Part shown: positions 63,362 to 64,000 of the stretch, piece by piece | Numbering within the stretch: position 1 is the first letter of the stretch | Layout of the letters: every line of letters starts with the position of its first letter | From: Gammaproteobacteria bacterium | GTDB lineage: Bacteria > Pseudomonadota > Gammaproteobacteria > VBWC01 | Assembly: GCA_023266115.1 (NCBI GenBank) | Contig: JAHFRU010000003.1 | Coordinates: 65,978 to 129,977, forward strand | Direction: 5' to 3' | DNA length: 64,000 nucleotides | Position numbers and translations under genes: made by a program | The notes under the pieces: model-generated | The model's database searches: none | Told to the model about the DNA's origin: nothing | Seen by the model: the letters and a program-made list of their open reading frames with translations, nothing else

Positions 63362-63450
63362 GAATAGGTGATTAATCAGAGGTTCCTTAGTAGCTTTGCC
63401 GGTGTTGTTATATAATCCCGTTCCGCATCAAACAGACCAGGACAGCAATC

Positions 63451-64000
63451 ATGATACCGCGCAGTTATATCTACCGGTTGTTCGGTGCGTCACCGGTCAG
63501 GCCGTTGCAAAAGCATATGGCCAAGGTGTTTGCCTGCGTATCCGAACTGGCGCCGCTTTTTGAAAGCGTGTTTGCCCGTGATTTCGACAAGGTCGCGCAA
63601 TGTCAGCAAAACATCTTGACGATGGAGCACGAAGCGGATGCCATGAAAAAGGCGTTGCGCCAGAAACTGCCGACAGGATTATTTCTGCCGGTATCCCGGC
63701 GTGACCTGCTCGAGGTGCTGACGATGCAGGATCGTATCGCGAATACCGCAAAGGATATCGCCGGGCTGATACTGGGCCGGAAGATGATGATACCGGCCAT
63801 CATGGAAGAGCGCTTCATGGCATTCGTCAGGCGCAATATTGATGCGACCGCGCAGGCGCAGAAGGCGATCGACGAATTCGATGAGCTGATCGAAACCGGT
63901 TTTCGCGGCGGCGAGGTAGCGCTGGTCGAGGGGATGATCCGGACGCTGGATGAGATCGAATCCGAGACCGACGCGCTGCAGGTCGAGGTTCGCCACATCC
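63451..64000 (+). CDS. DUF47 / PhoU-like phosphate-transport regulator-related protein (3'-partial)
   Basis: MIPRSYIYRLFGASPVRPLQKHMAKVFACVSELAPLFESVFARDFDKV... matches the TIGR00153/DUF47 family. It runs off the window end, so it is absent from the ORF track. Confidence 0.75.
   Translation, partial: MIPRSYIYRLFGASPVRPLQKHMAKVFACVSELAPLFESVFARDFDKVAQCQQNILTMEHEADAMKKALRQKLPTGLFLPVSRRDLLEVLTMQDRIANTAKDIAGLILGRKMMIPAIMEERFMAFVRRNIDATAQAQKAIDEFDELIETGFRGGEVALVEGMIRTLDEIESETDALQVEVRHI

Overview
The window is a high-GC (about 62-63%) chromosomal segment from an autotrophic gamma/beta-proteobacterium-like genome. It is mostly conserved core genes: a phosphoribulokinase 3' end; the glycine-cleavage operon gcvT-gcvH-gcvPA-gcvPB behind a tandem glycine riboswitch; ubiI-ubiH-pepP-ygfB opposite zapA-ssrS(6S RNA)-ygfA; ilvA and rpiA; a CysB-linked sulfite module; topA, smg, dprA, a TsaP-like LysM protein, def-fmt-rsmB-DUF4390-ntrY-ntrX, trkA-trkH, metH, a ZnuA/ZnuB-like metal uptake pair, an ECF sigma/anti-sigma envelope cluster, a patatin, an MFS transporter, PCD and a PhoU-like gene. 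There are no rRNA, tRNA or CRISPR features. Non-core structure stands out against this background. A 754-bp low-GC single-gene insertion with 29-bp terminal inverted repeats sits inside what was the rpiA terminator hairpin, and its ORF has a HEPN-like R-x4-H motif. Two copies of a roughly 135-185 bp MITE share GTCATTCCGGGCG/CGCGGGAATGAC ends; one lies in the metH leader and one in the loop of a palindrome. A roughly 290-bp REP-doublet (REPIN-like) palindromic element carries GTAG-headed hairpins. A frameshifted, truncated CPA1 Na+/H+ antiporter remnant survives between two intact genes. A roughly 500-bp AT-rich islet carries a histone H1-like KA-repeat protein. A sulfite reductase is fused to a C-terminal TusA domain. 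An ECF sigma/anti-sigma pair is followed by an acidic disordered secreted protein and a TPR+beta-barrel (Slam/DUF560-like) outer membrane protein, with a frameshifted DVGP-repeat secreted peptide gene opposite. I consider the HEPN-like insertion and the ECF/TPR-barrel cluster the best candidates for an undescribed system. All calls are from reading the sequence and ORF track only; no searches were run.
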